Source: Squalus acanthias
Lineage: Eukaryota
Reading direction: 5' to 3'
Assembly (NCBI GenBank): GCA_030390025.1
Contig: JASTWF010000335.1
Location: 372,001 to 436,000, forward strand
Length of the DNA stretch: 64,000 bases
Below are positions 1 to 12,100 of the stretch, piece after piece. A program made the translations under genes and the position numbers. The notes below the pieces were generated by a model that was not told the DNA's origin, made no database searches, and was given only the letters and a program-made list of their open reading frames with translations. Positions within the stretch are counted from its first letter, which is position 1. Each line of letters opens with the position of its first letter.

Positions 1-62
1 AGACCGAAGCCCGTACAAAATCCCAAACAAGCAAACTCTGCTCCTAATTTGAGGTTCACATT

Positions 63-101
63 TCAGCTGGAGTGGGTTGGATGCTTTGCAATCACGTCAT
101 G
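63..101 (-). CDS. MS4A: MS4A probable terminal coding exon ([12 protein letters not shown])
   Basis: Strong acceptor atattttattcttttgcag, phase-0 frame ending in TGA at 63-65; the 3' UTR runs off the window. Confidence 0.6.
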   Translation of the reverse strand, partial: HDVIAKHPTHSS

Positions 102-3100
102 CTGCAAAAGAATAAAATATATAATGAGACGTAAGTTGCATAAAAAAGGACAGACTTTCATTTTTATAGTGCCTCTCAAATCGCTCAGAAACAGCTCAAA
201 GTGCTTCAAAGACAATGTGGGGGACTATAGTGTAAAACTGATGCTATCAGATCAGTCGCCCCTCGGAGAAGGTGCAGAGGAGATTGACCAGAATGGTACC
301 AGGGATGAGGGACTTCAGTTACGTGGAGAGACTGGAGAAGCTGGGATTGTTCTCCTCAGAGCAGAGAAGGTTAAGGGGAGATTGACCAGAATGGTACCAG
401 GGGATGAGGGACTTCAGTTACGTGGAGAGACTGGAGAAGCTGGGATTGTTCTCCTTACAGCAGAGAAGGTTAAGGGGAGATTGACCAGAATGGTACCAGG
501 GATGAGGGACTTCAGTTACGTGGAGTGATTTAGAGAAGCTGGGATTGTTCTCCTTACAGCAGAGAAGGTTAAGGGGAGATTTAATAGAGATGTTCAAAAT
601 TATGACAGGTTTTGATAGAGTAGATAGGGAGAAACTGTTTCCACTGGCAGGAGGGTCGGTAACCAGAGGACACAGATTTAAGATAATTGGCAAAAGAACC
701 AGAGGGGGAGACGAGGAGAGTTAAAAAAAAAAATTGCAGCGAGTTGTTACGATCTGGAATGCGCTGCCTGAAAGGGCAGTGGAAGCAGATTCAATAGTAA
801 CTTTCAAAAGCCAATTGGATATGTATGTGAAAAGCAAAAATTTGCAGGGCTATGGGGGAAAGAGCAGGGAGGGGGCGGGGGGAGAGGGACTAATTGGATC
901 GCTATTTCAAAGAGCCAGCACAGGCACAATGGGCTGAATGGCCTCCTTCTGTGCTGTAAGATTCTATGAATCTATGATTTATACATCTCTCCTCATTTTT
1001 ATTTCCATTCAATGAATTTTGGGAAAACGGGCGAGTGATCTGATATATCACCAATTTTACACTAGTGTCCAAAGTCAAAATTCCCCCCAATGAAGGACGT
1101 TTGAAGGGCAAGAACTGTTGCTATATAGGCAAATATTGAGGAAAGGTTGAGTAGGTTGGGCCTCTACTCATTGGAATACAGAAGAATGAGAGGCGATCTT
1201 ATTGAAACATATAAGATTGTGAGGGGGCTTGATCGGGTGGATGCAGGGAGGATGTTTCCACTGATGGGTGAGACTAGAACTAGGGGGCATAATCTTAGAA
1301 TAAGGGGCTGCCGTTTCAAAACTGAGATGAGGAGAAACTTCTTCACTCAGAGGGTAGTAAATCTATGGAATTTGCTCCCTCAGAGAGCTGTGGAAGCTGC
1401 GACATTAAATAAATTTAAAACGGAGATAGACAGTTTCCTAGCTGATTAAGAATTAAGGGTTAAGGGGAGCGGGCAGGGAAGTGGACGTGAGTCTAGGTTC
1501 GGATCAGCCATGATCCTATTGAATGGCGGAGCAGGCCCGAGGGGCCATATGGCCTACTCCTGCTCCTACTTCTTATGTTCTTAGGTTCTTATATGGCAGC
1601 TGCTTTGCGCACAGCAACATTCCACAAACAGCAGTGAGATGAATGTTCAGAAGAACTCCCTTCTCTTCCAACAGAGTGCCATGGGAACTTTATCGCCCAC
1701 CTATACCACCAGTAGACGGGGCCTCGATTTAACTAAAGGACACTCCTCTGGACAGCAAATCACAGAAAGACCTGCTTTTATTTAGCGCCGTACATGACCT
1801 CAGGACGTCCCAAAGCACTTCACAGCCATTGAAGTACTTTGGAAGTATTGTAATGTAGGAAACACAGCAGCAAATTTGTGCACAGCAAGCTCCAGCAAGC
1901 AGCAATGTGATCGTGACCAGATGATGACATATTAGTGATGTTGGTTGAGGGATAAATATTGGCCAGGACACCGGGGAGAACTCCCCTGCTCTTCTTCAAA
2001 ATAGTGCCATGGAATCTTTTACATGCACCTGAGAAAGCAGACGTCTCGTCTGAGAGACGGCACCTCCGACAGTGCAGCGCCATCAATTTAAGATAGAAGG
2101 ATATGTTGCTGGGATTAGATGGAGAAGGGGTGGGAGGAGGCTCGTGTGAAGCATAAACACCAGCATGGACTTGCTGGACCGAATGGCCTGATTCTGTAAT
2201 AATGTTAACGTTAACTCTCTTTCTCTCTCCATGGATGCTGCCTGACCTGCTGAGTATTTCCAGCATTTTCAGTTGTTATTTCAGATTTCCAGCATCCGCA
2301 GTATTTTGCTATTGTATTGGCCTGTTTCTGCTGTAAATACTTTGTAAACTATTATAAGGGGGCTAAATTCAGTTGATTTGCGCCTCTGACATCATCGCCA
2401 CGGTCAGGGGGGCCTACCTGCGGCCGGGGCGGCACTAGCTGGGAGGAGGGAGTGCAGCGAAGATTCACCAGACTGATACCTGGGATGGCAGGAATGACAT
2501 ATGAGGAGAGATTGGGTCGATTGGGCTTGTACTCGCTGGAGTTTAGAAGAATGAGAGGGGATCTCATTGAAACTGATAAAATTCTAACAGGACTAGACAG
2601 ACTAGATGCAGGAAGGATGTTCCCGATGGCGGGGGAGTCCAGAACCAGAAGTCACAGTCTAAGGATAAGGGGTAAGCCATTTAGGACTGAGATGAGGAGG
2701 AATTTCTTCACCCAGAGAGTGGTGAACCTGTGGAATTCTCTACCACAGAAGGCAGTAGAGGCCAATTCATTAAATATATTCAAGAAGGAGTTGGATATAT
2801 TTCTTAAAGCTAAAGGGATCAAGGGATATGGGGAGAAGGCAGGGACAGTGTACTGAATTTGGATGATCAGCCATGATCTCATCGAATGGCGGAGCAGGCT
2901 CGAGGGGCCGAATGGCCTACTCCTGCTCCTATCTTCTATGTTTCTATGTAAGTTATAGGGGAGGTGGCGGGCGGCCATTTTTGTTGCTGGCCGCCTGCCA
3001 GCACCTGCCCCCTCTGCTGTCCCCGGCCTCCTCTGAAGCCCCCCCGCGGGGTGCCGGCTGCTCTCCGTGAGCCCGGCACTCCTCTTGAGGGCCGGGCTCA

Positions 3101-6100
3101 TTTGCCGGCACTCCCGATCCCTGGTGGCCCAGCTGGGCGCTGGGACGCGCTGCGTCAGGCCCCTCCCTTTTAATAAGGGGAGGAAGGCCTGCAGTACCGC
3201 GGTGCGAGGTGCCGTGATATTGGCTCGCAGCGCCCCAAGAGGGACGTGGGGCGCTTCCAGTAGCGCCCCTCCTCCCTCTCGGGGCGCTACCTGGGAAAAT
3301 CGGCCGCGAGGTCGCTAACTTTTTCGGGGCGCTAAGGGCGAAGGTAGCGCCCAATTTTTCACCCTGATTCTCCCTTACTTCTCCTTCAATTTGTTCCCAA
3401 CTGACCCATCGCTAGCAACAAGTTTTACTTAATTTTTTGTCCTTGCTCCTCCCACCTTCTCTATACACCGGGCACTGTTCTTGCTGTGATTATCCCTCGG
3501 CCGAGGTGTGATAAAGGGCAGTTGGAAAGATTAACTGTAATCATCTGGCAGTGTTCTCTGACTATATATGCCGTGCCTATATGCATCTCTTCACTTCATC
3601 TGACGAAGGAGCAGCGCTCCGAAAGCTTGTGATTTCAAATAAAGCTGTTGGACTATAACCTGGTGTTGGGCGACTTCTCACACTTACCAGAATTGTGTAA
3701 GCATTCTCAAAATGAAATAAGCTCTTGTAGTTATAAAAGGCAATGATAACTGCGATGCCCATCTCCAACACTGTGAAGAGCAGGAGAGCTATCGTTAAGG
3801 AAAATGTCGTCGCCTGTTGGAAGCAAGGCACAAGGTCGATTAACTCTTAGCTCTTGTAAAATAATGACACATTTCATGGCACTTCATACTGGTGAAGTTG
3901 GAGATAAAGACAAAATTTCAATCTTCACTAAGCTGAGCCTCGTCAAATATGTGTATGGAGATGATTAGAACACAAAAGGACTGCTTTTGAATTGAAACAG
4001 GCGAACTAGCTCCAGCCCTACAACCCTCCGAGATCTCTGCGCTCCTCCAATTCTAGACTCATGCGCATCCCGATTTTAATCGCTCCACCTTTGGCAGCCG
4101 TGGCTTCAGCTGCCTAGGCCCCAAAGATCTGGAATTCCCTCCCTAAGCCTCTCTTTCCTCCTTTAAGACGCTCCTTAAAACCTACCTCTTTGACCAAGCT
4201 TTTGGTCGCCTGTCCTAATATCCCCTGATGTGGCTCAGTGTCAAATTTTGTTTTATAACCCTCCTGTGACGCGCCTTGGGCTGTTTTAGTAAATTAAAGG
4301 TGTTCTAGAAGTTGTTGTTGTAAGGGCTGTGTGGAACAGTGGGATACATCAGACTGCCTGGGGTCTGCGGACCCAAGTAGGGGCCATACGAGGGCCCCAG
4401 AGGGTTGGCGATGATTGACATGTCTGTCTCTCTGGCGTTGGGCACAGAAGGACAGCATCTGGAGAATTCTGTACTTTACTGCCTTTCCGTTGTGGCTGTA
4501 TACGAGCAAATATGTTTCTGCAACGATAGTACTGTATTCGTCAGAGTGCCAATACCTGCTGCCCCAATCCTCCAAGTGTCAATATCTGCAGCCCACCACT
4601 TCAGAGTGTCAATATCTGCAGTGACCCCCTCAGAGTGTCAATATCTGCAGCCCGACCCCCTCGGAGTGTCAATATCTGCAGTCCCACCAGCTCAGAGTGT
4701 CAATATCTGCAGTGACCCCCTCAGAGTGTCAATATCTGCAGCCCACCCCTTCAGAGTGTCAATATCTGCATCCCCACCCCCTCAGAGTGTCAATATCTGC
4801 AGCCCACCCCCTCAGTGTCAATATCTGCAGTGACCCCCTCAGAGTGTCAATATCTGCAGTGACCCCCTCAGAGTGTCAATATCTGCAGCTCCACCCCCTC
4901 AGAGTGTCAATATCTGCAGCCCACCACTTCAGAGTGTCAATATCTGCAGTGACCCCCTTTTGAGTGTCAATATCTGCAGCCCGACCCCCTCGGAGTGTCA
5001 ATATCTGCAGTCCCACCAGCTCAGAGTGTCAATATCTGCAGAAACCCCTCAGAGTGTCAATATCTGCAGAAACCCCTCAGAGTGTCAATATCTGCAGCTC
5101 CACCCCCTCAGTGTCAATATCTGCAGTCCCACCCCCTCAGAGTGTCAATATCTGCAGTCCCACTCCCTCAGAGTGTCAATATCTGCAGTCCCACCCCCTC
5201 AGAGTGTCAATATCTGCAGTTCCACCCCCTCAGAGTGTCAATATCTGCAGTCCCACTCCCTCAGAGTGTCAATATCTGCAGTCCCACCCCCTCAGAGTGT
5301 CAATATCTGCAGTCCCACCCTCTCAGAGTGTCAATATCTGCAGTCCCACCCCCTCAGAGTGTCAATATCTGCAGCTCCACCCCTAGAGAGTGTCAATATC
5401 TGCAGGTCCACCCCCTCAGAGTGTCAATATCTGCAGTCCCACCCCCTCAGTATCAATATCTGCAGCCCCACCCCCTCAGAGTCAATATCTGTAGTCCCAC
5501 CCCCTCAGAGTCAATATCTGTAGTCCCACCCCCTCAGAGTGTCAATATCTGCAGTCCCACCCCCTCAGAGTGTCAATATCTGCAGTGACCCCCTCAGAGT
5601 GTCAATATCTGCAGTCCCACCCCCTCAGTGTCAATATATGTAGTCCCATCCACTCCGAGTGTCAATGTCTGCAGCCCCACACCCTCAGAGTGACAATATC
5701 TTCAGTCTTACCCCCTCAGTGTGTCAATATCTGCAGTCCCATCGGTTCAGAGTGTCAATATCTGCAGCCCCATCCCCCGGAGTGTCAACATCTGCAGTCC
5801 CACCCCCTCAGAGTGTCAATATCTGCAGTGACCCCCTCAGTGTCAATATCTGCAGTCCCACCCCCTCAGAGTGTCAATATCTGCAGTGACCCCCTCAGTG
5901 TCAATATCTGCAGTCCCAGCCCCTCAGAGTGTCAATATCTGCAGTGACCCCCTCAGTGTCAATATCTGCAGTGACCCCCTCAGAGTGTCAATATCTGCAG
6001 TGACCCCCTCAGTGTGTCAATATCTGCAGTGACCCCCTCAGTGTGTCAATATCGGCAGTGACCCCCTCGGAGGGTCAATATCGGCAGTGACCCCCTCAGT

Positions 6101-9100
6101 GTCAATATCTGCAGTGACCCTCTCAGTGTCAATATCGGCAGTGACCCCCTCACAGTGTCAATATCGGCAGTGACCCCCTCAGTGTGTCAATATCGGCAGT
6201 CCCACCACCTCAGAGTGTCAATATCTGCAGTCCCACCCCCTCAGTGTGTCAATATCGGCAGTCCCACCACCTCAGAGTGTCAATATCGGCAGTCCCACCA
6301 CCTCAGAGTGTCAATATCTGCAGTCCCACCCCCTCAGAGTGTCAATATCTGCATCCCCACCCCCTCAGAGTGTCAATATCTGCAGTCCCACCCCCTCAGA
6401 GTGTCAATATCTGCATCCCCACCCCCTCAGAGTGTCAATATCTGCAGTCCCACCCCCTCAGAGTGTCAATATCTGCAGCCCCACCCTGTCAGAGTGCGAA
6501 TATCTGCAGTCCCACCAGCTCAGAGTGTCAATATCTGCACTGTCCCCCTCAGAGTGTCAATACCTGCAGTGTCTCCCTCAGAGTGTCAATATCAGCAGCC
6601 CCACCCCCTCAGAGTGTCAATATCTGCAGTGTCTCCCTCAGAGTGTTAATATCAGCAGCCCGTGCGAATATCTGCAGTATCCCTCTCAGATTTGCCATTA
6701 GCTGCAGTGTCCACCTCCGAGTGTCAAGATCTGCTGTCCCACTGCCTGAGTGTCAATATCTGCAGTCTCACCCCCGAGAGTGTCAACATCTGCAGCCCCA
6801 CCCCCTCAGAGTGACAATATCTGCAGCTGCAGCCCCTCAGAGTGACAATATCAATGATAGGATAATTGTACAGGGTCTGTGGGTTGGGTAGAGTCAATGA
6901 TAGGATAATTGTACAGGGTCTGTGGGTTGGGTAGAGTCAATGTGAGGACAATTGTACAGGGTCTGTGGGTCGGGTAGAGTCAATGTGAGGATAATTGTAC
7001 AGGGTCTGTGGGTTGGGTAGAGTCAATGTGAGGATAATTGTACAGGGTCTGTGGGTTGGGTAGAGTCAATGATAGGATAATTGTACAGGGTCTGTGGGTT
7101 GGGTAGAGACAATGATAGGATAATTGTACAGGGTCTATGGGTCGGGTAGAGTCAATGATAGGACAATTGTACAGGGTCTGTGGGTTGGGTAGAGTCAATG
7201 ATAGGATAATTGTACAGGGTCTGTGGGTTGGGTAGAGTCAATGATAGGATAATTGTACAGGGTCTGTGGGTTGGGTAGAGTCAATGATAGGACAATTGTA
7301 CAGGGTCTATGGGTTGGGTAGAAACAATGATAGGACAATTGTACAGGGTCTATGGGTTGGGTAGAAACAATGATAGGACAATTGTACAGGGTCTGTGGGT
7401 TGGGTAGAGTCAATGTGAGGATAATTGTACAGGGTCTGTGGGTTGGGTAGAGTCAATGTGAGGATAATTGTACAGGGTCTGTGGGTTGGGTAGAGTCAAT
7501 GATAGGATAATTGTACAGGGTCTGTGGGTTGGGTAGAGTCAATGATAGGATAATTGTACAGGGTCTGTGGGTTGGGTAGAGACAATGATAGGATAATTGT
7601 ACAGGGTCTATGGGTCGGGTAGAGTCAATGATAGGACAATTGTACAGGGTCTGTGGGTTGGGTAGAGTCAATGATAGGATAATTGTACAGGGTCTGTGGG
7701 TTGGGTAGAGTCAATGATAGGACAATTGTACAGGGTCTATGGGTTGGGTAGAAACAATGATAGGACAATTGTACAGGGTCTATGGGTTGGGTAGAAACAA
7801 TGATAGGACAATTGTACAGGGTCTGTGGGTTGGGTAGAGTCAATGATAGGATAATTGTACAGGGTCTGTGGGTTGGGTAGAGACAATGATAGGATAATTG
7901 TACAGGGTCTGTGGGTTGGGTAGAGACAATGATAGGATAATTGTACAGGGTCTGTGGGTTGGGTAGAGTCAATGTGAGGACAATTGTACAGGGTCTGTGG
8001 GTTGGGTAGAGTCAATGATAGGATAATTGTACAGGGTCTGTGGGTTGGGTAGAGTCAATGTGAGGATAATTGTACAGGGTCTGTGGGTTGGGTAGAGTCA
8101 ATGATCGGACAATTATACATAGTTTGTGCGTTGGTTAGCATCAATGATAGAACAACTGTACATACATGGTCTGTGCGTTGGTTATATCAAGAACAGGACA
8201 TACATGGCATGGAAGGAATAGGTCTGATGGGCTGCAAGACCTTTATTTAAATTCCATTTTGTCTCATATTTTGAAAGTGCCTGGGCACTTTCTTATGGTA
8301 TGGATTGCCATTAAATAAGATCAATTTAAAACCAAAAAAAGTTTGATAACTCATTTCCTTAAGTATCTCCCTTACAGGAGCATACCGTCCAACATAAATC
8401 ACACAATAAGGCACCATTGCTATTGACTGTAAGACTCACAGAATATAATACTTACGGAAAAATATACAAATTCGGGCGCTGGCGTAAAGAGTAGCGAGAT
8501 GGAATATATTATGATGCCAATTGCTGTTGCACCAGCACTGATGCCGTTCATGAGAAGTCCTGCCTTCATCTAAGTACAATACAACACAGAGCATACGATG
8601 CTTCAAATAGATAGTGTAACGGTTCAATAGTGTCAATTGCACAATCGACGTCACTGGTTACCTATTACAGTTTTTCTGGGAAGTGGAGGGAGGGAGTTTT
8701 ACTTGTCCCGAAATTGTGCTCTGCCATATTATCAGGTGACTGTTCAAGATGGTGTATGATGTTATTTTGTCTGCTATTTTAACAGAGCCAGTGAGCCGTG
8801 TATTTCAAATCATAGAATCAAGAATGATGCAGCACAGAAGGAAGCCATTCGGCCTATCGTGCTTCAGCTATACAGGGTACTGGTGAGGCCACACCTGGAG
8901 TACTGCGTACAGTTTTGGTTTCCATATTTAAGAAAAGATATACTTGCTCTCGAGGCAGTTCAGAGAAGGTTCACTCGGTTGATTCCGGGGATGAGGGGGT
9001 TGACTTATGAGGAACGGTTGAGTAGGTTGGGCCTCTACTCATTGGAATTCAGAAGAATGAGAGGCGATCTTATTGAAACATATAAGATTGTGAGGGGGCT

Positions 9101-12100
9101 TGATCGGGTGGAGGCGGGGAGGATGTTTCCACTGATGGGTGAGACTAGAACTAGGGGGCATAATCTTAGAATAAGGGGCTGCCATTTCAAAACTGAGATG
9201 AGGAGAAACTTCTTCACTCAGAGGGTAGTAAATCTATGGAATTTGCTACCTCAGAGAGCTGTGGAAGCTGCGACATTAAATAAATTTAAAACGGAGATAG
9301 ACAGTTTCCTAGCTGATAAGGGAGTTAAGGGTTATGGGGAGTGGGCAGGGAAGTGGATGTGAGTCTAGGTTCGGATCAGCCATGATCCTATTGAATGGCG
9401 GAGCAGGCCCGAAGGGTCGTATGGCCCACTCCTGCTCCTACTCCTTATGTTCTTATGTTCTTATGTGCCTGTGCCGGCTCTTTGGTCGAGCTATCCAATT
9501 AGTCCCACTCCCCCCCTGATCTTTCCCTGCAAACTTCTTCCCAACAAGTAGTTATCCAATTCCCTTTTGAAAGTTACTGCTGAATTCCACCACCCTTTCA
9601 GGCAGCGCATTCCAGATCACAACAACTCGCTGTGTAAAAAAAAAGTTTCCTCATGTCACCTCTGGTTCTTTTGCCAATCACCTTAATTTAGTGTCCTCTG
9701 ATTACCCACCCTTCTGCCACTGGAAACAGTTTCTCCTTATTTACTCCAACAAAACCCTTCATGATTTGAACACCTCGATCAAATCTCCTCTTAACCTTCT
9801 CTGCTCTAAGGAGAACAATCCCAGCTTAAGAACATAAGAAATAGAAGCAGGAATAGGCCACTTGGCCCCTCAAGCTTGCTCCACCATTCAATAAGATCAG
9901 GGCTGATCTCGGGCTCAAGGCCACTTCCCTGCCCGCTCCCCATAACCCTTCACTCCCTTATCTTGCAAAAATCTATCTCCACCTTAAATGTATTTAATGA
10001 CCCAGCCTCCACGGCTCTCTGGGGCAGAGAATTCCACAGATTTACGACCCTCTGAGAGGAGAAATTCCTCTTCATCTCAGTTCTAAAAGGGCGACCCTTT
10101 ATTCTGAAACTATGCCCCCGAGTTCTAGATTTCCCCACGAGGGGAAACATCCTCTCTGCATCTACCTTGTCGAGCCCCCTCAGTATCTTATATGTTTCAA
10201 TAAGATCACCTCTCATTCTTCTAAATTCCAATGAGTATATATAGTCTCTACACATAACTGAAGTCCCTCATAAGAACATAAGAAATAGGAGCAGGAGTGG
10301 GCCATTCGGCCCTTCGAGCCTGCTCCGCCATTCAATGAGATCATGGCTGATCTTCTGCCTCAACTCCATTCACCGGTCCTATCGCCATATCCCTTGATGC
10401 CCTTACTAGTCAGAAATCTATCGACTTCTGTTTTGAATACACCCAATGACTGAGCCTCCACAGCCCTCTGGGGTAGAGAATTCCAAAGATTCACCGCCCT
10501 CTGTGTGAAGAAATTTCTTCTCATCTCAGTCCTGAATGGCCTACCCTTTATCTTGAGGCTGTGGCCCCTGGTTCTAGGCTCCCCAGCCAAGGGAAACATT
10601 CTCCCAGCATCCACCCTATCAAGCCCTGTAATAATTTTGTATGCTTCAATGAGATCCCCTCTCATTCTTCTGAATTCAAGAGAATACAGGCCTAGTTTAC
10701 TCAATCTCTTCTCATACGACAGTCCTGCCACCCCAGGAATCAATCTCGTGAACCTTCGTTGCACTCCCTCTATGGCAAGCTCATCCCTGGCACCATTCTA
10801 GTAAATCTTTTCTGCACCCTCTCCAAGGACTTAACATCCTCCTTAAAGTGTGGTGCCCAGAATTGGACACAATACCCCAGCTGAGGCCGAATCAATGTTT
10901 TTATAAAGGTTAAGCAATAACTTCCTTGCTTTTGTACTCTATGCCTCTATTAATAAACATGATGTGGAGATGCCGGTGTTGGACTGGGGTGGACAAAAGT
11001 GAGAAGTCGCACAACACCAGGTTATAGTCCAACAGCTTTATTTGAAATCACAAGCTTTCGGAGCGCTGCTCCTTCGTCAGGTGAAGTGAAGAAATACATA
11101 TGGGCACAGCATATATAGTAAGAGAACAATGCCAGACGACTACAGTTAATCTTTCTAATCTTTCTAACTGCCCTTGGTGTGATAAAGGGCAGTTAGAAAG
11201 ATTAACTGTAATCATCTGGCGGTGTTCTCTGACTATATATGCTGTGCCCATATGCATCTCTTCACTTCACCTGACGAAGGAGCAGTGCTCCGAAAGCTTG
11301 TGATTTCAAATAAAGCTGTTGGACTATAACCTGGTGCTGTGCGACTTCTCACTTCTATGAATAAAGCCAAGTATCCCGTATGCTTTATTAAACAGGTTAA
11401 CTCCTTCATTAAAATAGCAGGGAAAGAAACGTTCTGTATAAAAGTGTTAAACATTCAGGCGAATGCTCCCGGCGAATTCCGTTCCGCGGCAGGAATGCTG
11501 AGACGGGGGAAAAAACTTCCCCTTCAGTCCCTATGCCGCGGGATCCCTTCGAGCCACTGCTGCGGGTGTTGATTTTGTGGGGGTAGGGCTGCCCCATTCC
11601 CGCGTCACTGGAGAATGGCAGGTATGATCAATCGAGGTGCAAACCTGCGTGGCACCACTGCACAGTGCGGCGCATGACTGGGCACAATCCGTAAAATTCC
11701 TCAAAATAAATTGTGGAGCCACCGCTTTTAAAAGCATCAACCCGCAACCTTGGAGGCTAATATTCCTCCTGTTGATAGTTTTAGCAAAGAAAAAACATTT
11801 GGTTCCCTTGGTTTTCCTGTGGGTGGACGAGTAATATCTGGCTTTAATAAACTGGAAGATATTAATAAATTGCAGAATGGGTGTGTAACTGGCAAATTAA
11901 CTTCAACATAGTTGATGATGTGGAGATGCCGGTGTTGGACTGGGGTGGACAAATGTGAGAAGTCGCACAACACCAGGTTATAGTCCAACAGCTTTATTTG
12001 AAATCACAAGCTTTCGGAGCGCTGCTCCTTCGTCAGGTGAAGTGAAGAGATGCATATAGGCACAGCATATATAGTCAGAGAATACTGCCAGGTGACTACA

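Noticed and set aside
2955..3364. GC/CpG-rich patches (also 13.5, 17.4, 23.5 and 31.4-32.3 kb) as promoters
   Set aside because: They are bounded by related terminal inverted repeats and are better explained as non-autonomous DNA transposons
4545..8150. Regular repeats resembling a CRISPR array
   Set aside because: No unique spacers, no cas genes, vertebrate context; these are minisatellites
11440..11775. Possible further TIR element (GC-rich)
   Set aside because: Terminal repeats and target duplication are too weak to call by eye
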